Numbered from the stretch's first letter, positions 37,587 through 48,419 are shown. The stretch: DNA of 64,000 nucleotides from Microgenomates group bacterium GW2011_GWC1_46_15 (GCA_001002285.1 LCLX01000001.1:316895-380894); one strand, 5' to 3'. Notes: generated by a model not told the origin, from the sequence alone. A program made the numbers and translations.

Positions 37587-38522
37587 ATGCCAGAGGTAGA
37601 GCGCGTTTCTGTTATCCTTTTGAACTATCATGCGTATCAAGACACCACCGAGTGTCTGCTTTCGATCAAAAAGGCGAGAAAACATGGTCTTGCGATCCAA
37701 ACGATTGTGGTTGATGTGCGTAATAAGGAAGATGTTGAAGATCAAGACGCGCAGAAACTTTCAAAAAACTTCCCCGAAGTTACCGTTCTTCCAAGTGAAA
37801 ATAAAGGATACACCGGGGGAAATAACGTAGGAATACAACATGCGCTTGAGCATACAAATCCTGACTATATTCTTCTGTTAAACAACGATACGCGTATTCA
37901 TCCCAATCTATTTGAAGAGTTGATAAAAACAGCGCATACGCATAAAAACCAAGGTTTTTTTGTCCCCAAGATCTACTTTGAAAAAGGGAAAGAGTTTCAC
38001 TCTGGTGACTATACCGAAGAAGAACGCGGAAAAGTGTTGTGGTATGCCGGCGGATTTGTTGACTGGAAGAACATGTACGCCTGGCACCGTGGCGTTGATG
38101 AGGTAGACCATGGGCAGTTTGATACGGAAGAAACAACGCAGTTTGCTACTGGGTGCTGCCTTTTGATTCCTGTGCAAACACTGCGCTCCGTAGGCCTCTT
38201 CAACAAAAAATACTTCTTATATCTGGAAGATTTGGAACTTTCACAGCGCCTACATAAAAAAGGTGGAAAGATTTGGTATGTTCCAACCGCGGTTGTTTGG
38301 CACAAAAACGCTGGGTCAACGGGCGGAAGCGGTTCTCAAACGCATGTATACTACTCCACAAGAAACAGGTTGCTCTTTGGGATGACATACGCACCACTCC
38401 GAGTTAAATTCGCGCTTCTTAAAGAGGCAATGGGAAAGCTTTTTCATGGAAAATCGGAGGAAAAAGAAGCAGTGCGTGATTTTTTGATCGGCAAGTTCGG
38501 AGCGCGGACACATACAATATAA
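37587..38522 (+). CDS. GT2 glycosyltransferase, WbbL-like (putative rhamnosyltransferase family).
   Basis: VSVILLNYH, the DxD region LLNNDT, and YLEDLELSQR (the ED motif typical of GT2 rhamnosyltransferases). Confidence 0.7.
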   Translation: MPEVERVSVILLNYHAYQDTTECLLSIKKARKHGLAIQTIVVDVRNKEDVEDQDAQKLSKNFPEVTVLPSENKGYTGGNNVGIQHALEHTNPDYILLLNNDTRIHPNLFEELIKTAHTHKNQGFFVPKIYFEKGKEFHSGDYTEEERGKVLWYAGGFVDWKNMYAWHRGVDEVDHGQFDTEETTQFATGCCLLIPVQTLRSVGLFNKKYFLYLEDLELSQRLHKKGGKIWYVPTAVVWHKNAGSTGGSGSQTHVYYSTRNRLLFGMTYAPLRVKFALLKEAMGKLFHGKSEEKEAVRDFLIGKFGARTHTI

Positions 38523-38532
38523 AGGAGCATCT

Positions 38533-39348
38533 ATGCCAACAATTTCTGCTGTCATTATCGCAAAAAACGAAGAAAAAATGATTGCAAACTGCCTTGATAC
38601 GCTCCAATGGTGTGATGAATGCATCGTCATTGATAATGGCTCTACGGATAGCACTCCAATGCTGGCAGAACAAGCCGGCGCACACGTTATTGAACTCAAA
38701 AACGCTGGTTTTGCCGAAGCGCGCACAAAAGGGAAAGATGAAGCAAAAAGCGATTGGATTCTATATATTGACGCTGATGAACGCGTTACTCCAAAGTTAA
38801 AATCAGAAGTACAGAGAGTGATATCGTCTCCTGGATATCAGGCATACTCAGTGCCGCGGAACAACATTCACTATGGAAAATGGATGCAGTATGGAGGATG
38901 GGAAAAAGATCGCGTTGTCCGTCTTTTTCAAAAGAAGCACCTCAGCGCATGGGAAGGGAAAGTACATGAACACGCTATTGTTGATGGTGTGACTGGAGAA
39001 CTCCGTGAGCCACTTGTGCACCTCACGCATCGGAACATGAAAGAGGGGCTTGAAAAGTCAATTGTATGGACGGACATCGAAGCGCATTTATTTCTCGCGG
39101 CGGGCCATCCAAACATGACGACACTTCGATTAATAAAAGTGACACTGTGGGAGTTTTTCAGCAGAGTTTTCAAAAAGAAAGCATATAAAGACGGAACTGA
39201 GGGGATGATTGAGGCGATGGTGCAGGCGATGAATCGTTTCTTGGTATATGAACGCGTGTGGGAGCTTCAACGGAAACCATCGTTGGATGAAACATATCAA
39301 AAGATAGAAAAGGAAATCGCATCGCTATGGCGCAAACAAAACGGATAG
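38533..39348 (+). CDS. GT2 glycosyltransferase (WaaE/KdtX-like).
   Basis: ISAVIIAKNEEKMI, VIDNGSTDST, DADERVTPKL. Confidence 0.7.
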   Translation: MPTISAVIIAKNEEKMIANCLDTLQWCDECIVIDNGSTDSTPMLAEQAGAHVIELKNAGFAEARTKGKDEAKSDWILYIDADERVTPKLKSEVQRVISSPGYQAYSVPRNNIHYGKWMQYGGWEKDRVVRLFQKKHLSAWEGKVHEHAIVDGVTGELREPLVHLTHRNMKEGLEKSIVWTDIEAHLFLAAGHPNMTTLRLIKVTLWEFFSRVFKKKAYKDGTEGMIEAMVQAMNRFLVYERVWELQRKPSLDETYQKIEKEIASLWRKQNG

Positions 39349-40430
39349 GACTGTACTCACCATACGTTCCCGAACACGCTGGAGGCGGGGAACGGTACTT
39401 TATGTCGGTTACCGAAATTCTTTCGGAGTCGCACGACGTTACGATGCTTCTCGCGCGCGGCGGAGACGAGCAAGCGGTGCGGGAAAAATATGAACAGGCG
39501 TTTCATCTCGATCTTTCGCGCGTTCACTTTAAACAAACGGCGATTGGAACACGGGCCTCTTTCTTAACCAAGGTATTGGAAACCGCACAGTACGACGTGT
39601 TGTACTATCTTACCGACGGAAGCCTCTTTTTTAGCCTGGCTAAACGCAATATCTTACATATCCAATTTCCGTTTGCGTTTGTGCAGTCAGGCCTCATAAA
39701 CAGAGTAAAGTTGTGGAACTGGCATATCTGTAACACAAACTCCGCGTTCACAAAAAAAATTATTGAGCAGTGGTGGAAAATTTCGGTTCCTTTTGTCCAC
39801 TATCCGTATGTTGATTCAGCGCTTTATGTGCCGGCAACAAAAGAACAGATTATTCTTTCTGTTGGTCGGTTTTTTTCCGGTGAAAAATCAGTCATGCACT
39901 GCAAGCGTCAAGATATCATGGTAAAGGTATTCCGCTCGATGGTTAATCATGGATTAAAAGGATGGAAACTTGTGCTGATTGGGAGCATTGACCCCGGTGA
40001 GGACAACGCGGCATACGCGGCGCGTGTAGCAACGGCTGCAAAAGGATATCCCATCAAAATTTTGCACAATGCATCGTTCGATATGCTTAAACAATACTAT
40101 GCCGTTTCATCGGTATACTGGCACGCGGCGGGTTTTAGCATTGATGAAGAAAAAGAGCCTACAAAAGTCGAACATTTTGGTATTTCTCCACTGGAAGCGA
40201 TGTCTTCGGAAGCAGTACCCGTTGTTGTTGGAAAAGGCGGATTAAAAGAAATTGTTGAACATGGTGTTTCCGGTTTTCTTTGGCAGACCGAGGAAGAACT
40301 TACGCGCAATACCGCGCAGCTGATTGAGAATCACGATATGATGGAAACAATGGGACAGAAAGCCCGTGAACGCGCCAAGTTTTTTAGCAAAGAGCAGTTC
40401 CGTAAAACACTTGAGGAAATGATAGGATGA
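39327..40430 (+). CDS. GT4 (GT-B) glycosyltransferase.
   Basis: C-terminal EHFGISPLEAM (Ex7E motif) and GGLKEIVEHG. Confidence 0.75.
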   Translation: MAQTKRIGLYSPYVPEHAGGGERYFMSVTEILSESHDVTMLLARGGDEQAVREKYEQAFHLDLSRVHFKQTAIGTRASFLTKVLETAQYDVLYYLTDGSLFFSLAKRNILHIQFPFAFVQSGLINRVKLWNWHICNTNSAFTKKIIEQWWKISVPFVHYPYVDSALYVPATKEQIILSVGRFFSGEKSVMHCKRQDIMVKVFRSMVNHGLKGWKLVLIGSIDPGEDNAAYAARVATAAKGYPIKILHNASFDMLKQYYAVSSVYWHAAGFSIDEEKEPTKVEHFGISPLEAMSSEAVPVVVGKGGLKEIVEHGVSGFLWQTEEELTRNTAQLIENHDMMETMGQKARERAKFFSKEQFRKTLEEMIG

Positions 40431-41335
40431 ACGTTTCGTTTGTCATTCCGAACTACAACGGAAAACATCTTCTGCAAAAACACCTGCCCGCGGTGCTTGC
40501 TTCTGCCCGCGGTGGTGATGAAGTTATTGTGGTGGACGATGCCTCAACTGATGGCTCTGCAGAGTTTATAAAAGCAACTTTCCCGCAGGTACGCGTTCTC
40601 GTTCAGCAAAAAAATATGCGGTTTGCTGAAGCGTGCAACGCTGGAGTTCATGCGGCAAAACATCCGCTTGTTTTTCTTTTGAATACCGATGTTTCTCCAG
40701 AAAAAGATGCGCTTTCATATCTCGTTCCTCATTTTGAGGATAAAAATGTATTTGCGGTTGGATGTTTGGAACTCGATGATACGGGAAAACAAAGCGGGAG
40801 AAGTTCCGGAAGTTTTCAACGCGGATTTTTGATTCATAAAAGAGCAGAAAATCAGAATGCGCCGCAAACGCTTTGGGCTGCGGGTGGAAGTATGATGGTA
40901 AAAAAAGAGCTGTGGGAATCACTCGGAGGGATGGATCATCTTTTCCGGCCGGCATACTATGAGGACATTGATTTGAGTTACCGCGCACAAAAACTTGGAT
41001 ACACCGTTGCTTTTGAGCCGCGCGCAAAAGTACACCATCACCATGAATCAACAAATCCATCGGCGTTAGGAAAAAACCAGATGCACATCTACGCATTTAA
41101 AAACTCTTTCTTATTTATCTGGAAAAACGTGACGGATACACAACTTCTTATTCAACATCTTCTTTGGTTGCCGTATCACTTTGTTATAACGGGATGGAGA
41201 AGTTCCGGATTTTTCGTTCTTGGATTTTTTATGGCACTGTTCCAACTACCCGAAGCGTTGCATAAACGGTGGTTGCTTCAAAAAAGATGGAAACGTACCG
41301 ATAAAGAAGTTATAAACAGGGTAAACGCTATATGA
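40427..41335 (+). CDS. GT2 glycosyltransferase, WbbL-like.
   Basis: VSFVIPNYN, VVDDASTDGS, and YYEDIDLSYR. The C-terminus has a TM segment. Confidence 0.7.
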   Translation: MNVSFVIPNYNGKHLLQKHLPAVLASARGGDEVIVVDDASTDGSAEFIKATFPQVRVLVQQKNMRFAEACNAGVHAAKHPLVFLLNTDVSPEKDALSYLVPHFEDKNVFAVGCLELDDTGKQSGRSSGSFQRGFLIHKRAENQNAPQTLWAAGGSMMVKKELWESLGGMDHLFRPAYYEDIDLSYRAQKLGYTVAFEPRAKVHHHHESTNPSALGKNQMHIYAFKNSFLFIWKNVTDTQLLIQHLLWLPYHFVITGWRSSGFFVLGFFMALFQLPEALHKRWLLQKRWKRTDKEVINRVNAI

Positions 41336-42834
41336 ACCGCAGAGATATGATGATTTTTGTGTTGATTCTCATTCTTGCAGTGTTTTTGCGTTTTTTCCAC
41401 TTAGGTAGTTTGCCAATTGGCCTCACTTGGGATGAGGCGGCGATCGGATACAGCGGATTTGGCATTATGTCGGTTCACCGCGATGAGTGGTTGAATAAAA
41501 TGCCGATCGTGTTCAAATCTTTTGGTGACTACAAGGCGGCGGTGGCAATATACGCTGATGCAATCACCACGTGGATGTTTGGTCTCGACACGTTTGGTAT
41601 CCGCTTTCCGATGGCGGTAGCGGGTGTGATAACCACCGCAACTTCGTATTGGCTGGGATTATTTCTGTTTAAAGAGAAAAAATATGCGTTTCTCCTCATG
41701 GGACTTTTGGCTGTTTCTCCGCTGAATATTCATTACTCAAGAATGGCGTTTGAATCCGGCATTGCGGTCATGCTCGTAACGATTGGGTTTACATTGTTGT
41801 TCTATGCGCAAAAAAAGACAGCACTTTATTTCCCAGCTGCTTTTTCTCTCGTTCTTTCGCTCTACGCGTATCACAGCACAAAGATTGGTGTCCCGCTTTT
41901 TCTTTTTGTGTATGTTTTGGTATTTTGGAACATCATAAAGAAACAGATTGGTATTATTGGTTTAGCAGGTTTGTTCGGTGCAGTTTTACTCTTTCCTTTA
42001 GCAAAAGAAATGATGTACGGCAACGCTGCAGCGCGGTTTGCGATGACTTCGGTTATTTCTACGCCGGCGGAACTAAAACCTTTGCCGGAAGTAGTGAGTA
42101 TTATTGGTGAAAACTATGCAAAACATTTTAATTTCTCCTTTTTACTACAAGGAAAAACGCCGATTTACCGGCACGGAAACAATGTGTTTGGAATTCTTTC
42201 GCTTGTTGAGTTTGTGTTGATGTGCGCGAGCATAATTTCATGTATGCAGAAAGAAACACGGAAAAAGTTTTGGTGGATCCCCATCTTCATTCTTGTAGCA
42301 ATATTTCCGGCCGCAATAAGTGATGATGCTCCGCACAGCAATCGTGCGCACATTATTATTCCATGGATTCAAATGCTGGCGGTTATGGGATACATCTATG
42401 TTGAAAAATTCTTTCCCAAAAAAGCTTTTTTCTTTGGAGTTGTAACACTTCTTCTCATTCAAACAGCTTGGTACGCGCGGATTTACCAGCGCGTGTATAC
42501 ATATGACAGCGCCCGTGATTTTCAATATGGATATAAAGAAGCAGTGTTGTACGCGAAGTCGCAGGAGGGCAAAGTAGACAAAGTATTGCTCACAAGCGCG
42601 TATGGTCAGCCGTATATTTATGTTCTGCTCTATAAAAAACTTACTCCAATTGAGTATCAGCAGGGGGCGCTCGCGAACTATGAAATACGTGATCTCAAAT
42701 GGGACCAGGATAAAAATAGAAAAAATGCGTTGATTATTGGAACACCTTGGGAAATTCCAGCAAACGCAGACCATATTGTAAAAGAAATTCACTATCCCGA
42801 CGGGGAAGTTGCATTTAGGATTGTCAAACAATGA
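41332..42834 (+). CDS. GT-C glycosyltransferase, PMT_2/ArnT-like. First of a tandem array of four.
   Basis: TWDEAAIGYSGFGIM...SFGDYKAA...IRFPMAVAG. Overlaps neighbouring genes by 4 nt. Confidence 0.7.
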   Translation: MNRRDMMIFVLILILAVFLRFFHLGSLPIGLTWDEAAIGYSGFGIMSVHRDEWLNKMPIVFKSFGDYKAAVAIYADAITTWMFGLDTFGIRFPMAVAGVITTATSYWLGLFLFKEKKYAFLLMGLLAVSPLNIHYSRMAFESGIAVMLVTIGFTLLFYAQKKTALYFPAAFSLVLSLYAYHSTKIGVPLFLFVYVLVFWNIIKKQIGIIGLAGLFGAVLLFPLAKEMMYGNAAARFAMTSVISTPAELKPLPEVVSIIGENYAKHFNFSFLLQGKTPIYRHGNNVFGILSLVEFVLMCASIISCMQKETRKKFWWIPIFILVAIFPAAISDDAPHSNRAHIIIPWIQMLAVMGYIYVEKFFPKKAFFFGVVTLLLIQTAWYARIYQRVYTYDSARDFQYGYKEAVLYAKSQEGKVDKVLLTSAYGQPYIYVLLYKKLTPIEYQQGALANYEIRDLKWDQDKNRKNALIIGTPWEIPANADHIVKEIHYPDGEVAFRIVKQ

Positions 42835-44441
42835 AGTACTGGAAACTCTTTTTGATATTCATTTTGCTTCTGGCAGCGTTTTTACGGCTATATAAGATAA
42901 CTTCCATTCCTCCTTCGTTGTATTGGGAAGAGACTGCGCTTGGATATGACGCGTACTCCATTATGCAAACTGGCAAAGATTATCATGGGAATATTCTGCC
43001 CATACTTGCCCTCTCATCATTTGGCGACTACAAACCCTCAGGATATTTTTACGCGATTGTTCCTTTTATGCGTGTGTTCGGTCTGAGTGAACTCGCCGTG
43101 CGCTTGCCTTCGGCGTTTGCGGGAATAGCAACGGTGTTTGTCGTGTATGCGATTGGTTCCGCGTTGTATAACAAGAAAATTGGTTTGTTTGCCGCGCTTT
43201 TTTATACGATTCAACCGTGGAGCATTCAGCTTTCGCGTGTTGGGTTTGAAACAAACCTTGCGACGTTTTTATTGGCAATGGGAGTACTTTTGTCAATAAA
43301 AGCGGAGAAAAAAACATGGTTGTACGTGGTGTCAGCTTTATTTTTCGGATTATCGGCGTATACATATCACTCGGAACGCATTGTTGCCCCATTATTCGGC
43401 CTCGTCGTAGGTGTACGTTTTCTTTTTTCATATCTACGTAGTCCAAAAAAGGGAAAACCATCACTTGGTTGGGCAGTTGCAACGCTTTTCATTGGTATCG
43501 CAATGCTTTTTCCGATCCTTAGCAACTTGAAAAATCCAATCATTGCTCACCGCGCGGAAGAAACGAGTATTTTCTCTGACCCAACTCCCGTACTTGAGAG
43601 CAACGCTTTGCGTGCTGAGGATGGAAATACTGTAGTGAGCAGAGTTCTCCATCACCGGTATGTTTTATTTGGCGGGTTGATGCTCCAGCAGTATGTAAAA
43701 AACTTTTCCCCAACATTTCTTTTTCTTACAGGAGATGAAAACAATAGACATGGAACGCACGAGTTTGGTTTGTTGTACCATGTGGAATTTTTTCTCGTTG
43801 CCGCCGGGTTATATATAGTATGCGTGCGAAGAACGTTCCGTCATATGCTACCAGTGATGTGGGTAGCATTTTCCGCGCTTCCAGTTGCGCTTACTGTAAC
43901 TTCACCGCATACGCTTCGATTTGCTTCTGCCGCGCCGGCGTTTGCGTTACTTTCCGCGCTTGGAATAGTTTTTCTTTCAGAAGTTTTTGGGAAAATATGG
44001 CGCAAAAAACTTATCTTAGGTATTCTGGCGATCCTTTGTATTGAATCTGTCGTGTATCTGCACTTCTACTTCACCCACTATCCTGTTTTATCCGCCACAG
44101 ATTGGCAGTATGGATATAAAGATCTTTTTTCATCACTCGAACAACTAAAAAAACCAAATCAGAAGGTTTTTGTCACGCGTGAGCAAGGAAGACCGTCAAT
44201 CTACTACATGTTTTATACCAAACAGGATCCGCGGTATGTTCAATCGCAGGATGCGGTTGTAAAAAAAGATCAACAAGAATTTCTGGAACTCGGTCGATAT
44301 GTATTTGTAGATAATATTCCTCCAGAAAAAGGAACACTCGTCGCGTCCTCACCTTCAAAAATGCCGAAAAACGTACAACCAATACAAACGATTTTAAATC
44401 CTGATGGATCAGTGAGCTGGGTGATTTGGGAGCAACAATGA
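42831..44441 (+). CDS. GT-C glycosyltransferase, PMT_2/ArnT-like. Second of the tandem array.
   Basis: YWEETALGYDAYSIMQTGKDYHG...SFGDYKPSGY...AVRLPSAFAG. Confidence 0.7.
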   Translation: MKYWKLFLIFILLLAAFLRLYKITSIPPSLYWEETALGYDAYSIMQTGKDYHGNILPILALSSFGDYKPSGYFYAIVPFMRVFGLSELAVRLPSAFAGIATVFVVYAIGSALYNKKIGLFAALFYTIQPWSIQLSRVGFETNLATFLLAMGVLLSIKAEKKTWLYVVSALFFGLSAYTYHSERIVAPLFGLVVGVRFLFSYLRSPKKGKPSLGWAVATLFIGIAMLFPILSNLKNPIIAHRAEETSIFSDPTPVLESNALRAEDGNTVVSRVLHHRYVLFGGLMLQQYVKNFSPTFLFLTGDENNRHGTHEFGLLYHVEFFLVAAGLYIVCVRRTFRHMLPVMWVAFSALPVALTVTSPHTLRFASAAPAFALLSALGIVFLSEVFGKIWRKKLILGILAILCIESVVYLHFYFTHYPVLSATDWQYGYKDLFSSLEQLKKPNQKVFVTREQGRPSIYYMFYTKQDPRYVQSQDAVVKKDQQEFLELGRYVFVDNIPPEKGTLVASSPSKMPKNVQPIQTILNPDGSVSWVIWEQQ

Positions 44442-46042
44442 AAAAACTACACGTACTCATATTTTGCATGATTTTGCTGATTGCTGCTGTGCTTCGATTG
44501 TACAAACTCGGAAGTATCCCGGTGAGTATGTACATTGATGAGATTGCGATTGGCGTTGATGCAAAATCTATCGCGCAAACGGGCAGGGATATGCACGGTC
44601 ATTCCTGGCTTACTCCAATGTTTTTGTCGTATGGTGACTACAAACTTCCAGTCTATATATGGATAGCCACCGCTTCGGTCAAAATATTTGGCGCTACAGA
44701 GTTCGCGGTCCGCCTGCCCTCAGCAGTTGCGGGAGTATTGACGGTTTTTCTTATCTATTTTATTTCCGTTGAGTTGTTTGAGAAAAGAAAAGACCGCATA
44801 TGGATTGGTTTGGCCTCTGCTGTGGTAACGGCGGTTCTTCCGTGGAGCGTACTTTTCTCGCGGACAGGATTTGAGGGACACGTCGGCCAAATGTTTCTCC
44901 TTCTTTCAATTCTTTTTGCCTTGTATGCAAGAAAACGGCCATGGTTTATTGTGTGTTCTGCTGTTACTGGAGCTCTCGCGGTGTATACGTACTTCAGCAT
45001 CCGGTTTGTTTTCCCAGTTGTTCTTTTGGCATCATTTATAGTATCCGCAAAGAAGTTTGAATCAAAACATATATTTCGTGGCGTTTTAGGACTTGTGGTA
45101 TTTGGCCTACTTTTAATTCCATTAGTGAGGTCTCCATATTACGCTCCAAGCAACGCCTTTCGTTTATCGGCTTCTAGCATTCTGGATAACACGCAGCGGG
45201 TGCTGTATTCCAATGTATTACGGGCGCAGGATCGTGAAGCGTGGTACTCAAGAGTACTTCATCACCGCGAACTCTACTTTTTGAAGGATTTAATCACGCA
45301 CTATGCGGCACACTTTGATCTCTCTTATCTTTTTATAAGTGGTGACGTGAATCTACGGCATAGTACGGGAAAAACAGGCATTATGTTCTTAACATTTGCT
45401 CCCCTGTTTTTTGTAGGACTCTATGTTTGCACGCGTAAAGAACAAAAAGTTGGCATATTTCTAGCGGTATGGTATTTGATTGCCCTTCTTCCCGCGTCGG
45501 TGCCAAACGAAGTTCCGCACGCATTGCGGTCAATAAACGGAGTCGGAGTTGCTGCTCTATTGTGCGGGCTAGGAGCTGTTGAACTCTATTCATTTCTTTA
45601 CAAAAAACGATTTGGGAAAGTGGTGATCGGTGTATTTGCATGTGCGATACTTTTTAACATTTTTTCATTTCTTCACGACTACACCATACATTATCCAACC
45701 CGATCAAAAAAGGCGTGGTCATACGGGAAAAAACAGATCGCACAGTTTATTGAAGAAGAAAAAACATCATACGATCATGTTATTGTCGCAACTGATGATT
45801 CAATGTATTTATGGGTGCTTTTTTATGGGAACTATGATTTTACCAAAGTTCAGCGCATGCCATTTATCGATAATAAGTTGCAAAACATCAATACGATCAA
45901 TTTCCGTAGGCTTATAGAAAGCGATAGTGAATCAAAACATACATTAACTGTCGGACTTTCTGATGAGGTATACAAAAAAGACGGATTTTATCCCATTCCA
46001 ACAGCACATTCGCAAGACTATATATACAGGAGCCAGCCATGA
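44438..46042 (+). CDS. GT-C glycosyltransferase, PMT_2/ArnT-like. Third of the tandem array.
   Basis: YIDEIAIGVDAKSIAQTGRDMHG...SYGDYKLPVY...AVRLPSAVAG. The start is an ATGA overlap (ORF-track start 44426). Confidence 0.7.
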   Translation: MKKLHVLIFCMILLIAAVLRLYKLGSIPVSMYIDEIAIGVDAKSIAQTGRDMHGHSWLTPMFLSYGDYKLPVYIWIATASVKIFGATEFAVRLPSAVAGVLTVFLIYFISVELFEKRKDRIWIGLASAVVTAVLPWSVLFSRTGFEGHVGQMFLLLSILFALYARKRPWFIVCSAVTGALAVYTYFSIRFVFPVVLLASFIVSAKKFESKHIFRGVLGLVVFGLLLIPLVRSPYYAPSNAFRLSASSILDNTQRVLYSNVLRAQDREAWYSRVLHHRELYFLKDLITHYAAHFDLSYLFISGDVNLRHSTGKTGIMFLTFAPLFFVGLYVCTRKEQKVGIFLAVWYLIALLPASVPNEVPHALRSINGVGVAALLCGLGAVELYSFLYKKRFGKVVIGVFACAILFNIFSFLHDYTIHYPTRSKKAWSYGKKQIAQFIEEEKTSYDHVIVATDDSMYLWVLFYGNYDFTKVQRMPFIDNKLQNINTINFRRLIESDSESKHTLTVGLSDEVYKKDGFYPIPTAHSQDYIYRSQP

Positions 46043-47568
46043 AGTTCACAAAAACAACATACATTCTGATCTTTTGCATCATTATTGGTCTTGTTGCGCG
46101 GGTTGCGTTGTTTCCGTCAATTCCTCCTGAATTAAATAGAGATGAGGCGGCGCTTGGATACAATGCCTACAGTATTCTAAAAACAGGAAGTGACGAGTGG
46201 GGCGTACGGTTCCCAGTAACATTCCGCTCGTTTGGCGACTACAAACTTCCTGGATATATCTATACGCTTGTCCCATTTATTGCGGCGTTCGGACTCACAC
46301 CATTGGCAGTTCGGCTTCCTTCGTTACTCGCGGGAGTTGTGCTTATTCCTCTTGCATATTTTTTTGCTGTTCGGCTCACAAAGAACAAAAACATTGGGTA
46401 TGCTACAGCATTTCTTCTCGCAATTTCTCCATGGGCAATTCATTATAGTAGAGTTGGTTTTGAAGCAAATCTTGCACTCACACTTCTTATTGGTGGAATC
46501 ATTCCATTTTTATCAAAAGAAGTCCCGTGGAAATTGTTTTTATTTTCACTCGTTTGTCTTTTTGTTTCATTTATGACGTACAATACTCCACTTATTCTTT
46601 TTCCATTCATACTTGGCGTTTTATGTATGTGGAAATTTTTGTCTTATCGTCAATCTTTTCTATTACTTCTTGTTGGAATCATTTCTTTTGCACTGATTCT
46701 TCCCGCTACACGAGGCAAGGGAACAATTACAGTGTTTTCTGATCAAAATTTAGGAGAGCTAAGAAGAGCGGGGCGCATGCAGGATAGTAGCATCATCGGA
46801 AGAATCCAATACAGCCCATTTATATTTTATCTCCCAACAGTGACGAAGAACTACCTCGCGACATTCTCACCATCATTTTTGGTCACTCAGGGAGGAAGAA
46901 ATCCATGGCATCAACCATCTGGTGTCTCACATATGACGTGGCCACTCTATGTTTTATCACTTTTGGGCATGGTTGTGCTTATGCGCGATGCGGTAAAAGG
47001 AAAAGGAGTTGTTCTAGGATTACTTCTATCGGCTCCAATTGCTTCGGCAATCACAACAGATGCGCCCCACGCCACCCGAAGCCTTTTATTTTTCTTCATG
47101 CTTGTCGTATGTGCAGGAGTTGGTCTGGAAAAAATATTTCGATACAAGAAAATACTCGGCATAGTAACGTTAGGAGCGCTTCTCACTGGATTTTTCACCT
47201 ACATGCGCACGTATCTTGTATATTTTCCTGCCCACCCACAACAAGAATGGAGTACTGGAATATCATCGGCAATCCGGCAGGCAGAGAACATGCGAAAAAA
47301 TGATGAAGTGATTACGATTGTCGGCGATACACATTACTCGTACATCTACCCATTATTTGCTTTGCGTCAAGATCCGGGGGAATTAAGAAAAACAGAAAAA
47401 ACATATGGTAAAGATGTTCTAGGTTTTACTCCGGTTCAAAGTTTTTCACACTATCGTTTTGTTGAATCATTAGACAAGGTTCCAGTAAACAGTATTGTGA
47501 TTTTTCAAAAAGACCCGCTCACATTCACTATTGCACGCACGGATAGCTATGGGAAAATAAGCCAATGA
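46039..47568 (+). CDS. GT-C glycosyltransferase, PMT_2/ArnT-like. Fourth of the tandem array.
   Basis: NRDEAALGYNAYSILKTGSDEWG...SFGDYKLPGY...AVRLPSLLAG. Confidence 0.7.
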   Translation: MKFTKTTYILIFCIIIGLVARVALFPSIPPELNRDEAALGYNAYSILKTGSDEWGVRFPVTFRSFGDYKLPGYIYTLVPFIAAFGLTPLAVRLPSLLAGVVLIPLAYFFAVRLTKNKNIGYATAFLLAISPWAIHYSRVGFEANLALTLLIGGIIPFLSKEVPWKLFLFSLVCLFVSFMTYNTPLILFPFILGVLCMWKFLSYRQSFLLLLVGIISFALILPATRGKGTITVFSDQNLGELRRAGRMQDSSIIGRIQYSPFIFYLPTVTKNYLATFSPSFLVTQGGRNPWHQPSGVSHMTWPLYVLSLLGMVVLMRDAVKGKGVVLGLLLSAPIASAITTDAPHATRSLLFFFMLVVCAGVGLEKIFRYKKILGIVTLGALLTGFFTYMRTYLVYFPAHPQQEWSTGISSAIRQAENMRKNDEVITIVGDTHYSYIYPLFALRQDPGELRKTEKTYGKDVLGFTPVQSFSHYRFVESLDKVPVNSIVIFQKDPLTFTIARTDSYGKISQ

Positions 47569-48419
47569 AACTTTCAATCGTTTTAGCGGTGTATAACGAA
47601 GAAAAAAATCTCGCAGAGTGCTTGAAGTCTATAGAACATATTGCTGATGAAATCGTCATTGTTGATGGTGGAAGTACGGATAACACTGTTGAGATCGCGC
47701 AAAAGTTTGGCGCGCGAGTTATAAAAACAACTAATCCACCAATGTTTCACATCAATAAACAAAAAGCGCTGGAAGCCGCAAAAGGCGACTGGATTCTTCA
47801 CCTTGATGCAGATGAGCGGGTAGCACCGGCGTTGGCTAAACAGATTCAGGAGGCAGTCAAGGGATATCCCATAGAAATTGTTGATGCGAAAAAACAGAAT
47901 CTTTTTATCCGCCACCAACAAAATATTGAAGCAAGAGATGGAAAAATTGGAACAGATAAAAGTGAAATCACTGCATATTTCATACCACGATTGAATTTTT
48001 TCTTAGGGGGGTATCTCAAACATGGCGGTGTATATCCAGACGGTGAGATCCGTTTGGTCAAAAAAGGGAAAGCGTACTTTCCATGTAAAAACGTGCATGA
48101 GCAGATGCATATTGATGGCAGAGTTGCGTGGCTTTCTGAAGATCTCATTCACATGGCCGATCCAACGTTCAGCAGATATCTCATGCGCGCAAACCGGTAT
48201 ACAAGCCTTACCGCGAAGGAGTTTGAAAAACAGCACATACCAAAGTTCGGCATATCAGTATTCATGTATATGTTTGTAAAGCCGTTCACCACATTTTTAT
48301 CGCTCTATTTTCGACATAAAGGATTTCTTGATGGATTCCCAGGATTTGTGTGGGCAGTGTTTTCTGGTCTTCATTTTCCACTTGCGTACATGAAATATTG
48401 GGAAAACCATGATGCATAA
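47565..48419 (+). CDS. GT2 glycosyltransferase (WaaE/KdtX-like).
   Basis: LSIVLAVYNEEKNL, VDGGSTDNT, DADERVAPAL. Confidence 0.7.
   Translation: MKLSIVLAVYNEEKNLAECLKSIEHIADEIVIVDGGSTDNTVEIAQKFGARVIKTTNPPMFHINKQKALEAAKGDWILHLDADERVAPALAKQIQEAVKGYPIEIVDAKKQNLFIRHQQNIEARDGKIGTDKSEITAYFIPRLNFFLGGYLKHGGVYPDGEIRLVKKGKAYFPCKNVHEQMHIDGRVAWLSEDLIHMADPTFSRYLMRANRYTSLTAKEFEKQHIPKFGISVFMYMFVKPFTTFLSLYFRHKGFLDGFPGFVWAVFSGLHFPLAYMKYWENHDA

Noticed and set aside
38513-38518. TACAAT upstream of the gene at 38533 as a further leaderless promoter.
   Set aside because: A well-spaced AAAGGAG Shine-Dalgarno lies downstream of it. A start this far upstream is not required, and the spacing differs from the 37587 and 60870 cases.
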